Origin: Mobula hypostoma
Lineage: Eukaryota
Reading direction: 5' to 3'
Assembly (NCBI RefSeq): GCF_963921235.1
Contig: NC_086103.1
Location: 157,666,001-157,730,000 of the forward strand
Length of the DNA stretch: 64,000 bases
Shown: positions 13,701-25,700 of the stretch, piece by piece
Layout of the letters: every line of letters begins with the position of its first letter
How positions within the stretch are numbered: position 1 is the stretch's first letter
Translations under genes and position numbers: made by a program
The notes under the pieces: model-generated
Told to the model about the DNA's origin: nothing
Databases searched by the model: none
What the model saw: the letters and a program-made list of their open reading frames with translations, nothing else

Positions 13701-16700
13701 TCTTTTTCTTCGCAGCCGTCCACGAAAACAGTGGAGTGTTCCAAAGGATGAATGACAGTTAAATGTTAGAACCCCAAAGCCTCCCCAGTTCCCCATCCCA
13801 CATGTAAGCAGCAGCAAAGCAACGATCCCACCTCCCCCACCAGCAAAAAAAAAGCATCAGTGCCCCCCACCGAGCACTCAAGTGTACAGCAAAGCATCAA
13901 CAAAGACAGACTTGCAGTACCCCAAAGACTGCTCATTCAACTTGGTATTCGACATACCACAGGCTCTCTCTCTCTCCCTAATAAGGGAGAAAAAGGTGTC
14001 TCCATTTCACAAATAAATGGAGCAAATAATGGAAAAAAAGACAAAAAACACATGGAATATGAAGTGTAGAGTTCCCTGTAAGTGAGTCCATGGCTACGGA
14101 GCCTGCTCAGCGCAGAGGTGAGTGAAGCTGGTCGAGAAGCTTGATGGCTGCAAGGCAACAACTGCTCCCAAGCTTGGCGGTGTGGGGAGCCAAGTCTCTT
14201 GCATTTCCTGCCTGGCGGAAGTAGCGAGAAGAGAGGGAAACTGGTCAAATGCAGGCAGGCGGCACTGAACACTGGTTCAGTTTCCACTCTTATCCTCGAC
14301 AATTTTAATCTTGCTTGATGCCTTAATCGGCACTTAATAATGGAGCGGCTACATGTTCGTCTTCGGTGCAGAGACCACCTCCAGCGATGGACGCCCTGAC
14401 TGTACCTGCACTCGCGGGAATCTAGTTCGGCAAATTCCCCAAGAGATTGCGGAAGTGCCAGATTGTTTAGTCAATTCAAAAGTACATCATTAAAAGGGAA
14501 GTTGCAGACTGCAGCGACCGCAGTTCAAAACAAGCGTGTCTACTAGACTATCCAGTAGTTTTGTGAGCTGCCTGCAAATGTTGCCGTTGGTCGCTGATGT
14601 CGTCTTGCTGAGTCATCTGCATACACTCTCTGTATTAAAAATAACTTAATCTCTGACAACGCCCTGATACTTTCCTCCAATCACCTTAAAATTATGCCCC
14701 CTCATGTTAGCGGGAAAAAGTCTCTGATTGTCCACTCAATCCATGCCTGTTATCAACTTGTACTGCAGTCATTTCTCATCCTCCTTTGCTCCAAAAAGAA
14801 GAGCTCCAGTTCATTCAACCTACCCTTATAAGACATGCTCTCTAGTCCAGGCAGCATCCTGGTAAATTCTCTTTGCATTTTCTCTAAAGCTTCTACATCC
14901 TAAAGATGATCACTGTACCTTCATAGTTGTTCTGAATCTCTAATAGCACCTTAGGGATGGCACAGTAGTGTAGCACTTTAGTATAGCGCTTTAACACGCC
15001 AGCAACCCTGGTTCAATTCCCGCTGCTGTCTGTAAGAAGTTCTCCCCATGACTGTGTGGGTTTCACCTGGTGCTCCAGTTTCCTGCCTCATTCCCAAGAC
15101 CTATGTGGTTAGTAGGTTCATTGGTCACATGGATGTGATTGGGTGACAGGGGCTTGTTGAGCTGTAAGGGCGTGTTACCAAACTGTATAAATAACAAAAT
15201 AAGATTCATCTGAAGGACAGCATTGGTGTAAGAAGGTGATTCCTTGCTACCTTTTCAGGGTAATTATCGATGGCCAGTGAATGCTGGCCATGTCAGTATC
15301 CTGAAAAATAAGTAACGAACCCAAATTTTTGTGATCTCTTTCCACCTCTTCCCAATCTGAAGTAAGGTCTTGGAAAATAACACACACCACATTAGAGGAT
15401 ATAACTGATGATTGGGGAAATCCAGATGTCTTGGGAGAAGAATTTGTATTCTCAGTTATACAGAAAGTTGGGATTATGCAAATTGACAATGAACAGTTAA
15501 TTAACATAAATCAGGGGTCCCCAACCTTTTTTGCACCGTGGACCAGTTTAATATTGACAATATTCTTGCGGACCGGGCGACAGGGGTGGTGTTCAAGTAG
15601 GGTTGCCAACTTTCTCACTCCCAAATAAGGGACAAAGGTAGCAGTCAAATACGGGACACTTGTGTTTACCCCAAGAAAGACTACCATGACCATGAAGCCT
15701 CGTGCGGGCACCTGTGTGCGCATGCGTAATGTGCACATACATGACGTGCGTATGCGTGTACGTGCCAATTTTTTTTTTTTACAAATTGGTTTTGGCTTAA
15801 TCTTCCTGATTCTGTTAAGTGAAACTAAACTGTACATACATTATTTCTACTTTATATAGGCTGTGTATCGTATCATTCCTGCTTTTACTATATGTTACTG
15901 TTATTTTGGGTTTTATGTGTTATTTGGTATGATTTGGTAGGTTATTTCAAGTTCAACAGTGTGTGACAGGGAATGAGGAAAGGTGCAGCTGACTCATCGT
16001 TTCACATTGCCAAATTGTATCATTTCCTCGCGGCCTGGTAGCACATGCTTTGTGGCCCGGTGGTTGGGGACCACTGACATAAATCATGGGACGAGTGTAG
16101 GACAATCCCTGATCAATTCAGTGTTCTTAGGTCACTGCTCTGGTGTGGGTAATTTCACCTAGTTCCCTCCAAGCACCATTATTGTGAAGTGCACCAAGAT
16201 TTGGAAACACTAGTTGCTCAGAGCTGCTTTCCTCACTAATGTGGGGCTTAGTGATCCTCCACAGTGTTGCAAATATTTTGACAATGATACTGAAATATTC
16301 AGAGAATGGGGTGTCACGGGAGATGTTAATTTTGGAATTCAGCACCTGTTTGTTTGATAATTCCTCTGTTAAGGAAACTTCAGCGGTACCTGCAGATATT
16401 CAGAAGTGGAATCTGGCAGAAGGGGAGAACATTGCCAAGAGCCTAGCACAGAAGACACTGGAAGAGACAGCTTCGCAAATGGAAGGTAAGGTAGTTTTTA
16501 TCCTCCCTGATCTGTTCACCTGAACTTCCAAATGTGTAAATTGTTCACTATTACCTGGCATCATTTATAGATTGCACAGATTTTAAACTTACCTTGGCCA
16601 TGCCACTTATGACGTATATATTTTTCATAATTTAAGGCAGTCTAACTTAATTATTTCTGGTATATTTGTTTTTGGTCTTTTTATATCCTATTTTCTGTTT

Positions 16701-19700
16701 TGTTCTGTACATTTGTCTCCCGTCTGCGTTCTGAGTGGAAAACAACTGTTCCTGTTGTTGAAATTACATATATCATGTCACGATCTTTATATTTTTTGAA
16801 ATGTACAATGAGTTATTGCTCATATCTGATTAGATACAAGTTGGTTAGCACAATTAACGCAGCTTTTTCTCCTAAATTTAAACAGGTGGGATTAAAATCC
16901 ATAACGGAATAAAATTGTCCATAGATTGTGTATATTGGAACCTTGATGAACAAAGCAGCATTTTCCTTGCATCCTGATCTTTATTTTTTCTTTTTTTTAA
17001 CTTCATTCATAGCAACACCAAAGGGAAACCAAGTGATAATCCAGAGTAGGAAAGCCTCCAATGTGCATGCTCGAAAGAAGTGGAATGAATTCCCTCCAGA
17101 CACAGTGTTAGGGATTCTTGAAAATGCTCCACTGTCATCTAGTGTCCCCGCTGAGGAAGTTAGCTGTGGTAAATTTGATTCTCTACGTCTTTGGCATTTT
17201 GTACAATGTACGTTGTTCATTCTTAATCTTCATGGGAATGTTCTGGTTTTCTGTGGAGATACTGATATGTTGCTGTTCATTAGGTGACAGTGTGACAGTT
17301 TATCCTAAATCCAATCAGCGAAAACAATGGAACCAAGTGCCTCCTGAAACAATAATGAATTTCTTACAAAATATTAACATCAACTTGGCTTCTAAGACCT
17401 ACACAGTAAATAAAGGAGGTAAGAAATGGGTTTAAACTGCTTAAAATCCTTTTCTGTTATCTGTTTTGCTTGGAGTTCTGTATCTAATAATTTTTTTTTA
17501 ACAAGAGAAAATCTGCAGATGCTGGAAATCCAAAGCAACACACGCAAAATGCTGGAGGAACTCAGCAGGCCAGGTAGCATCTATGGAAAAGAGTAAACAG
17601 TCAATATTTGGGGCTGAGATCATTCATCAGGACCCTTGAAACAGTCCCGACAAAGGGTCTCAGCCCGAAAGGTCGACTGCTTGCTCTTTTCCATAGTTTT
17701 TCTTTCCCTTATTGGTCATTAAATCCTCAGATCTTTCTGACTGATTTTTGTAACTACATAAGCCACTATTGCATTTCTGCCGAAAGTGGCAGTTGTGTCT
17801 GGTTACACATTTCTGCTAATGGTGCTAATGAAAGTTATCTTAATAAAAAGCAAATTGTCATTTTGTGCATCCCCCCCCCATTGAATCTTACAATTAATTG
17901 GCCTGACAGTGTTTCTCATCAAGCATTATAGGTGATCTAATTCCCGATTAGAGTATGTTTCCTTGAACCCATGTACTTTCTCAATTAGAAAACAACACCA
18001 GGTTTAACCACACACCAATACAATATGGTCCAGCTCCAGTGTGTTGATATGCTGTTATGGAGTTATCCAGCTGCTGTGCATCCTCTTTCAGCACAAGGAG
18101 TCACTAATCACAGAGGAACATGGAAAACCTACAGCACAATACAGGCCCTTCGGCCCACAAAGCTGTGCTGAACATGTCCTTACCTGAGAAATTACCTATG
18201 GTTACCCATAGCCCTCTATTTTTCTGAGCTCCATATACTGTCCAAGAGTCTCTTAAAGGACCCTATAGTATCTGCCTCCACCACCGTCGCCGGCAGCCCA
18301 TTCCACGCACTCGCCACCCTCTGCGTTAAAAAACTTACCCCTGATATCGCCTCTCTCCTTCCAAGCATCTTAAAACTCTGACCTCGCGTGCTAGCCATTT
18401 CATCACTGGGAAAAAGCCTCTGATTATCCACACGATCAATGCCTCTCATCATCTTATACACATCTATCAGGTCATCTCTCATTCTCCATCACTCCAAGGA
18501 GAAAAGGCCGAGTTCACTTAGCCTATTCTAATAAAGTATGCGCCCTAATCCAGGCAACATCCTTGTAAATCTCCTCTGCACCCTTTCTATGGTCTCCACA
18601 TCCTTCCTGTAGTGAGGTGACCAGAACTGAGCACAGTACTCCAAGTGGGGTCTGACCAGGGTCCTACATAGCTGCAACATTACCTCTCGGCCCCTAAACT
18701 CAATCCCATGATTGATGAAGGCCAATACACTGTAAGCCTTCTTAACCACAGAGTCAACCTGCAAGGCAGCCTTGAGTGTCCTGTGGACTCAGACCCCAAG
18801 ATCCCTGTGATCCTCCAGTTCAATAGCCATTCTCTGTGAGAGTGCTGACCAGATCCCAGTTCCTTTCACTGTTCTGGCATTGGTACTTCCAGCCTCAACA
18901 GGAAGCCTCCTTGGGTTATTTAAACGAGCTCCTGGAATTAAAGTAGTGAGATCACCTTGAGGGTTTTGCCTCTCTCTCGACTCTACGCACTAAAGTCTAG
19001 ACACAACGAAATTAAGATTATCTCAACAACTTTGCATGTTGTAAATGAGCAGAATATGATTTTTGAGCCACTGGAGATTAATATTGGTATAAATTATCCA
19101 TAAAACCCCCCTTTCCCACATTCACCTCAACTACGGTATCTCAGGTGGGTTTTCTACGACCACTTCCTCAGATGTAGACAAGTGATCGCTATCCATTTTA
19201 CGCATCCCCAATTATTCCTTCCTCCACCACCCCCCCCCCCTATTCAAGCTCACTTTCTTCAGTGGAAAAAAATTGTTCTCAGGTCACTGACAATGGCACT
19301 TTCAAACTCCTGTAGTTTGATCATTAGCCATGCTTGCTCTATCTGGACCCTGTTCTTTTTCTCCTGGTTAACTTTTCTCTCTCTACTCCTCTGCAAGATG
19401 TTTCACAATACTTGACAGGGACTGCTTCATTTAGTCAGAATTGTTTACATTTTAGTACGTTTCCTAATGTTACTGTCGCCATTAACTAGCAGAATACATT
19501 TAGTACTATAGCCCTGATCTATTATTGCAATGTAATGAATAACCATTCAATTTGAGAACAATGTTTTTAGCAACTTCATGTTTTATTACTAGTTCAAAAA
19601 CTAGTAGCTTTCTGTTTTAAAACTTTTCATATTAATTTGATTTAGTTATCAGTGAAGGCTTAAAAGGTTTGATTGATATCTTTAAGTTAATGAGTTGACG

Positions 19701-22700
19701 TGGAGACTGTTGTGTAGTCATTCCATCAGTTGCCAAACAGGCTTGGGGAACCATCTTTTATTCCCCTAATCTTCTGAAGTGAAGGTCTGCTAAATGTAAG
19801 GATTTGAAAGTATCTATCAGAATTAGGACTTCTGATTATGGTTAATGTTCAATCTTTTCATTTTAAAGTACAGAGAATACTGGCACAAAAGTAAATATTT
19901 AAATTACAATGTCTGAATGTCTTGGTGCAATCAAGAACTATTTGTTTGTGACTTTGGACTTTTATTGAGGCTAATCCAGTTGTACCAAAGCTATGGTAAA
20001 TGTGGCACTGCATCATACTGTAGAAAGATTGAGTATATTTAGCTGCTTCTCCAATAGGTGGAGCTGTCATCTTTTATTAACAGTTTCTTTCAAACACAGT
20101 GGATTCCGGGGGATTGCAGCACATTGGGACCAGTTCATTTGGCTCAGTTAAGTAGCTGCCCCAAATAGCTGAAGTTTTTATGGAAATATTTAAAAAGACA
20201 AACTACCATTTAACTCATAAAATATTATGTATTTAAATGAAATACAAAATAAATTAGAACACTACCAATGCTACTATAGTACCTTAAAACTGTGCTTTTG
20301 GTCCTAATTTTTATCAGCTGAGGAATTAATCCAGTGTACCTACATGCTGCCGTGCACTTTCGACTGTAAACGAAAATTAGTATAGACACCTAGTGTAGAT
20401 AATGGACTGCCTTCATACAATGCTTTCGATGATTGCATCCTCCAAATCTTCATTTTCATTGTAACATTCAAGATAATTGTCGATACCTTCAAATTTTTCG
20501 TAGTTTCTAACTTATTGAGTGGCGCATGGCCAAGTGGTTAAGCTGTTGGACTAGCGATCTGAAGATCGTGAGTTCGAGCCCCAGCCGAGGCAGCATGTTG
20601 TGTCCTTGAGCAAGGCACTTAACCACACACTGCTCCAGTCCACCCAACTGAAAATGGGTACCGGCAAATGCTGGGGGTTAACCTGGCGATAGACTGGCAT
20701 CCTATCCGGTGGGGGGCGGGGGAGTCTCGTACTCTCAGTTGCTTCACACCACGGAAACCGGCATAAGCACCAGCCTGATGAGCCTATAAGGCTTGGGACA
20801 GACTTTAACTTTAACTAATTTAATGAAGTAGTGAAATGGTTTAATTTTCACTCCCAGCTATTTCTGAATGCTTGAAACTGCAGTGAACAAAATGGTCCTG
20901 AACTGTCTTATCGCATATTTCCTGCCAACTATCAATGACAAAACCACTGATTTTTGAACAGAAGTGCATACAACTGACACCATTTAAAAACTGTTCACTC
21001 TAAGTGTGGTGTAGTGTCTAACGGACACACGAGTGCACACTTCTGGAGCTAGATATTGTTTGACAACAGTCTCCTGCCCCATTTAAGCAGCATTGTGTCC
21101 CAAATAAACAATGGGAATCACAGCTAGTTTTCGGATTGGTTTTTGTTCTTAAAGAGTTGTCTCAAATTTTGTCCAAATAAGCAGCTGCCCCAATTAACCA
21201 ACGGCCCAATTAACCAGAGTCTATTGTATTCCATTTATTCATTGTTGGGCTAAGCTGTGCAACGAATCAGGCGATAATCCTGTGCCCTGTAACACTAGGG
21301 TTGACCCTGGGCTAGACTATGGTCGATTTCTGTACTCATCACGGTGGCAAGGTCTAAATTTGGTAGCTTGACAATGTCATTTTCAGAATTCTATACCCTG
21401 GCTAAGTTCGAGCATGAATGATGGTCCATCCATATCCAATAAATATAGTCTGAAATATATCGGCACTAGAGTATTTTGTGTGGGTTGAGTTTGAGATTCA
21501 CAGGGAAGCAACAACTACAGTGAGACAGATTTCAAATACTTTAAAAAAAAATGATGGAATGTTATGGAATCTCCAGTCATTTGAAAACAAAAAACAATAA
21601 AGTAAATGTATAATTCTAAAATAAATAATAAAACATGCCCAACTCCTGTCATTGCCTCCCTAGGGGCTGTCTTTGTCTTTGGTACAAGGTGCCTTGCTGT
21701 TGGGCCTGAGATGTGTTTTCTCAGCTGCTCCCATCTCAAACTTGGATTGTGCCCAGTACATTTTCTCTGCCTCTGCATAATCTGGAAGATTTGTGACTTT
21801 CTTGTTGTTTGCTTGTCTGTAAAAGGAGCCACATGCTTGTAATTATCCTCATTTTTTTCAGCAATTTATTTGCACAGTATTCAGTGCTTTTTATACACAG
21901 CACCCGCTGCCCCCGCAGTCACAATCTTCTCCAGGCCTCAGTAATTGGTCAGTGTTGCCACTTGACAAAAAAAGATGAACCAACTTCAGAGAATCTTAAA
22001 AGAAGAATGAATGAAGATACAGAGAATAAAAATAACACAGAAATTGTTATAAACCAGCGATTAATGTAATTAGAAAGGAGATTTGTATTTGTTCTCTTTT
22101 CCACAATGTGGACCTCTCTAGCCAGAGCTGCACTTGCTCTCAGATTTATTATCACACATACAGGATGTGCTGGGGTCAGCCCACACCCAGTGTGGCCACA
22201 CACTCTGCGTCAACATCGCGTGCCGACGATGCTCGGCAGAACCACGGAGAGCTCAACCAGGCACCCACAGCAAAACAAACCCCGTCCCTCTCCCCCACCG
22301 TCCCACGCACATCCACAGTTCTCCAACCCCAAGGTAAGGCCGTTGCTGGACTCCAGCCTTCGGCGGTAGGGTTGAATGCCCCTGCCCGGCTCCCCTTTGA
22401 GTAGGTGGCGGCAAGTTGCCTTCCTGAACTGAAGCAGCCCTCCTGAAACACTTGCTTCCATAGTGTTGGGGAGGGAGCTCCAGAACTCAGTCCAGATAAC
22501 GATGAAGTAACAGGAATGTGTTTCCATGTCAGGAAAATGTGGAAAACAATGGCAAAAGAGATTTGCAAATTGATTTTTTTTTCAAATTACATTACAGTAG
22601 TTCTACTACAACAGAGATAGATAGGCTCTTGTTTAGTAAGGAGAAGGTAGGAGAATGAGGTTGAGAGGAAAAGTAAGTCAGCCATGATTGAATGGTGGAG

Positions 22701-25700
22701 CAGACTTGGTGGGCCGAATGAATTAATTCTACTTCCATGTGTTATGGTCTTAAGGTCTAAAAATTCCCTTTTGGGTGGCTGTAGTTTTAGAAAAAGACTG
22801 TGGCCATTCACCCTGTGTATACCCCTAATGATTTTATGGACCCCATTGAGATCACCCCTCAGCTTGTACTCTAGGAACAACAGTCTCAGCCTGTGAAGAC
22901 TCTGCTCGTATCTCAAGCCCCTCAGTTCTGGCAACACCCTAGTGAATCTCTTCTGCAGGCACATCCTTCCTATAGCACAGTAATATGGATGAGATATTGG
23001 AAACGTTGGAGGGTGATGGAATTGCTGTATTTAAACTGATCTGAGGATTTGATCAGGGAGGTGTAAGGTACTTTTGATGGAAGCTGAAAGGAATGATCAG
23101 AACTTTAAAATTACAGCCAGACCATCCTGGCCTTTGTACAAAAGGCAGTGAAAATCTTCAACTCACATCAGATCAAAAAAAGATGGCCGCGCTGCTGTGT
23201 TTGGCTGCTTATCGTTGCCTGTTGCCATTCTTGTTTGTCCTGGTTCTGCTTGTGTCTCTGTGTATACATGATGTGCAAGCCACTATTGTTTACGATCGTC
23301 AAACACTACTGAATATTCGAGCCTCTGTTGTGGATTTATTCACTCGGGATTCCGGACAAAGAAGCTTTAACTGCGCTCTATTTTGCCAACTACCTGAAGG
23401 TATATGGGCTGGGCCCTGCGGCTACCACTGTAGGAAACGAGCTAGGAGGCAGAGTAAACGTGCAGGTGCCTCGGTTAAGCTGAGGAACCTTGCCCGCTCT
23501 CACTCGGCACCGGTCTACCTTTTGCAACTTGACGATGTTGGACCCGGTCGGCCACATCGCTCCATTCCTCGGCGCTCCCTCGAGACCAGGTATGCCTTTC
23601 TCCGACCGGCTATCCCAGACACAGACCAGGACGCCAGGCCGCTGCCCTGCGGGCTCCCCACCAGGCCATTTGTGAAGCGCAGTGGAGAAGTCTTCCAGAG
23701 CCTCCGCCCCTTGGCGAGGGAGCCGTTGTCGGGTTATACTGCAATCCCAGTCAAAATAGCTCTGATCAACGCGAGATCCTTACCCAATAAGACTTCTATA
23801 CTCAATGACTTTTTCACTGCCCAAGGATTGGATTTCTTACTGGTGACGGAAACCTGGTTAAGCACCGGTGAGCTTGCTCCACTTGATGAACTCTGTCCAG
23901 ATGACTGTAACTTTTTTAGCACGCCGAGACCCTCTGGACGTGGAGGGGGTCTAGCTGCTGTGTTTAAGAAACATTTTTATTGCTGTCTACAGAACTCTGA
24001 TATTTCCCCAGCTTCGAGGTGCAATTAATTAAAGTGGGCCTGGTCAATCCCCTTTTAATTGCTCTTGTGTATCGTCCACCAAAAATACATAAAGATTTTA
24101 TTACTCAATTTGCAGACTTACTCTCAAATACTTTGCCCAACTTTGATCGAGTTCTGATTCTTGGTGTCTTTAATATTCATGTTTGCTGTCCCGCTAAGCC
24201 TCTCGTAAGTGATTTTATGCATCTGCTTGAGTATTTTAATCTGGCTTTGCTTATCACCGGACCCACTCACATGCTAGGCCATACACTTGACCTGGCCTTA
24301 TCGTCTGGTTTTCCGATCTGCAATGTGGAAATAATTGATGCGTGTCTGTGGGATCATAGTGCTGTTATGTTTGATGCACCTTTGCCTCTTTCCTCCACTA
24401 AATTTCATCTTCCTGTACGTTGCTCTCGTTACATTAACTCTTTGACTGCCAATAAGTTCTCTGAGGCTCTCATAGCTGCTCCTAATACCTGCACTATTGA
24501 GACTTCTCCCCATCTCAGCACTGAGAAACTTACTTCCTTATTTATTACCACCTGCTCTTCTATTCTGAATACTGTTGCTCCCTTTAAACTCAAAAAGCCT
24601 AAGCCTAAAGGTCTCCTTTGGCTTAATGACACCACCGGAGCCCTGAGGAGGAAGTGCAGAATATCCAAACGAAAGTGGAAGCGTGATAAGCTTCAAATTT
24701 CCTTTGAAATTTTGAGATACAATCTTTACAAATATCAGGTTGCAGTTAAGCTGCGAGAGGAAAATACTTTTCTAACCTAATTTCTAACAACTCTCATAAT
24801 CCCAAGGTCTTATTCAGTACCATAAATTCTGTCATTTGTCCCGCCCCCCCCAGTATTAGTTTAGATGTGTCCCCTGCTAAGTGCAAAGAATTTTTAAAAT
24901 TCTTCATTAGCAAAGTTGAAAACATTAGAATGAACATTTCCCCCCCCCTACCCATGACCTAACCGTCTCACTAGTCTGTTCATCTAAACTGGATTGTTTC
25001 CAACCCATCACGCTACCCTCTCTTACAAAGATTGTGTCCACCACGAAACCTGCAACCTGCCCCCTTGACATTGTCCCCACTGCCCTCCTGAAGGATGTCT
25101 TTGACATAGCCGCTCCCAGCATCCTCTCTATTATCAACAGCTCCCTGGCCACTGGGACTGTTCCAACCTACTTCAAGCGCGCTGTGGTCCAGCCCCTCCT
25201 AAAAAAAACCCAACTTAGACCCTACTTTATCTAGTAACTACAGACCTATTTCTAAACTTCCACTCCTGTCAAAGGTTCTCAAAAAGATTATTCTTAGTCA
25301 ATTCCTGCCCTACCTACACCAAAACAACATCTTGGAAAGATTTCAGTCAGGTTTTAAGGCTTATCATAGCACAGAGTCTGCCCTGCTGAAAGTGCACAAT
25401 GATCTCCTCCTCTCTACCGACTCAGGTGACTCTGCCATCCTAATTCTTTTTGACCTCAGTGCAGCATTCGATACTGTGGATCATGCCATTTTAATAGACT
25501 TTTTCCAGTACGGGGTTGGTGTTGATGGCACTGCCTTGAATGGGTTCGCATCCTACCTCAAAAATAGAAGCTTCTCCGTCAACATAGGCAAATTTTCCTC
25601 TTCTCCAGCTAGCTTCTCCTGCGGGGTCCCACGAGGTTCCATCCTAGGTCCCATTCTTTTCTCTATGTACATGCTTCCCCTTGGCCAAATCATTCAAAGA

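Noticed and set aside
20519-20592. tRNA gene
   Set aside because: A and B boxes continue into a SINE body, tail and TSD, so this is a SINE head.
20745-20800. ctgatgag..gaaac as another hammerhead in the SINE tail
   Set aside because: GAAA does not follow the stem after CTGATGA, so the catalytic core cannot be assembled.
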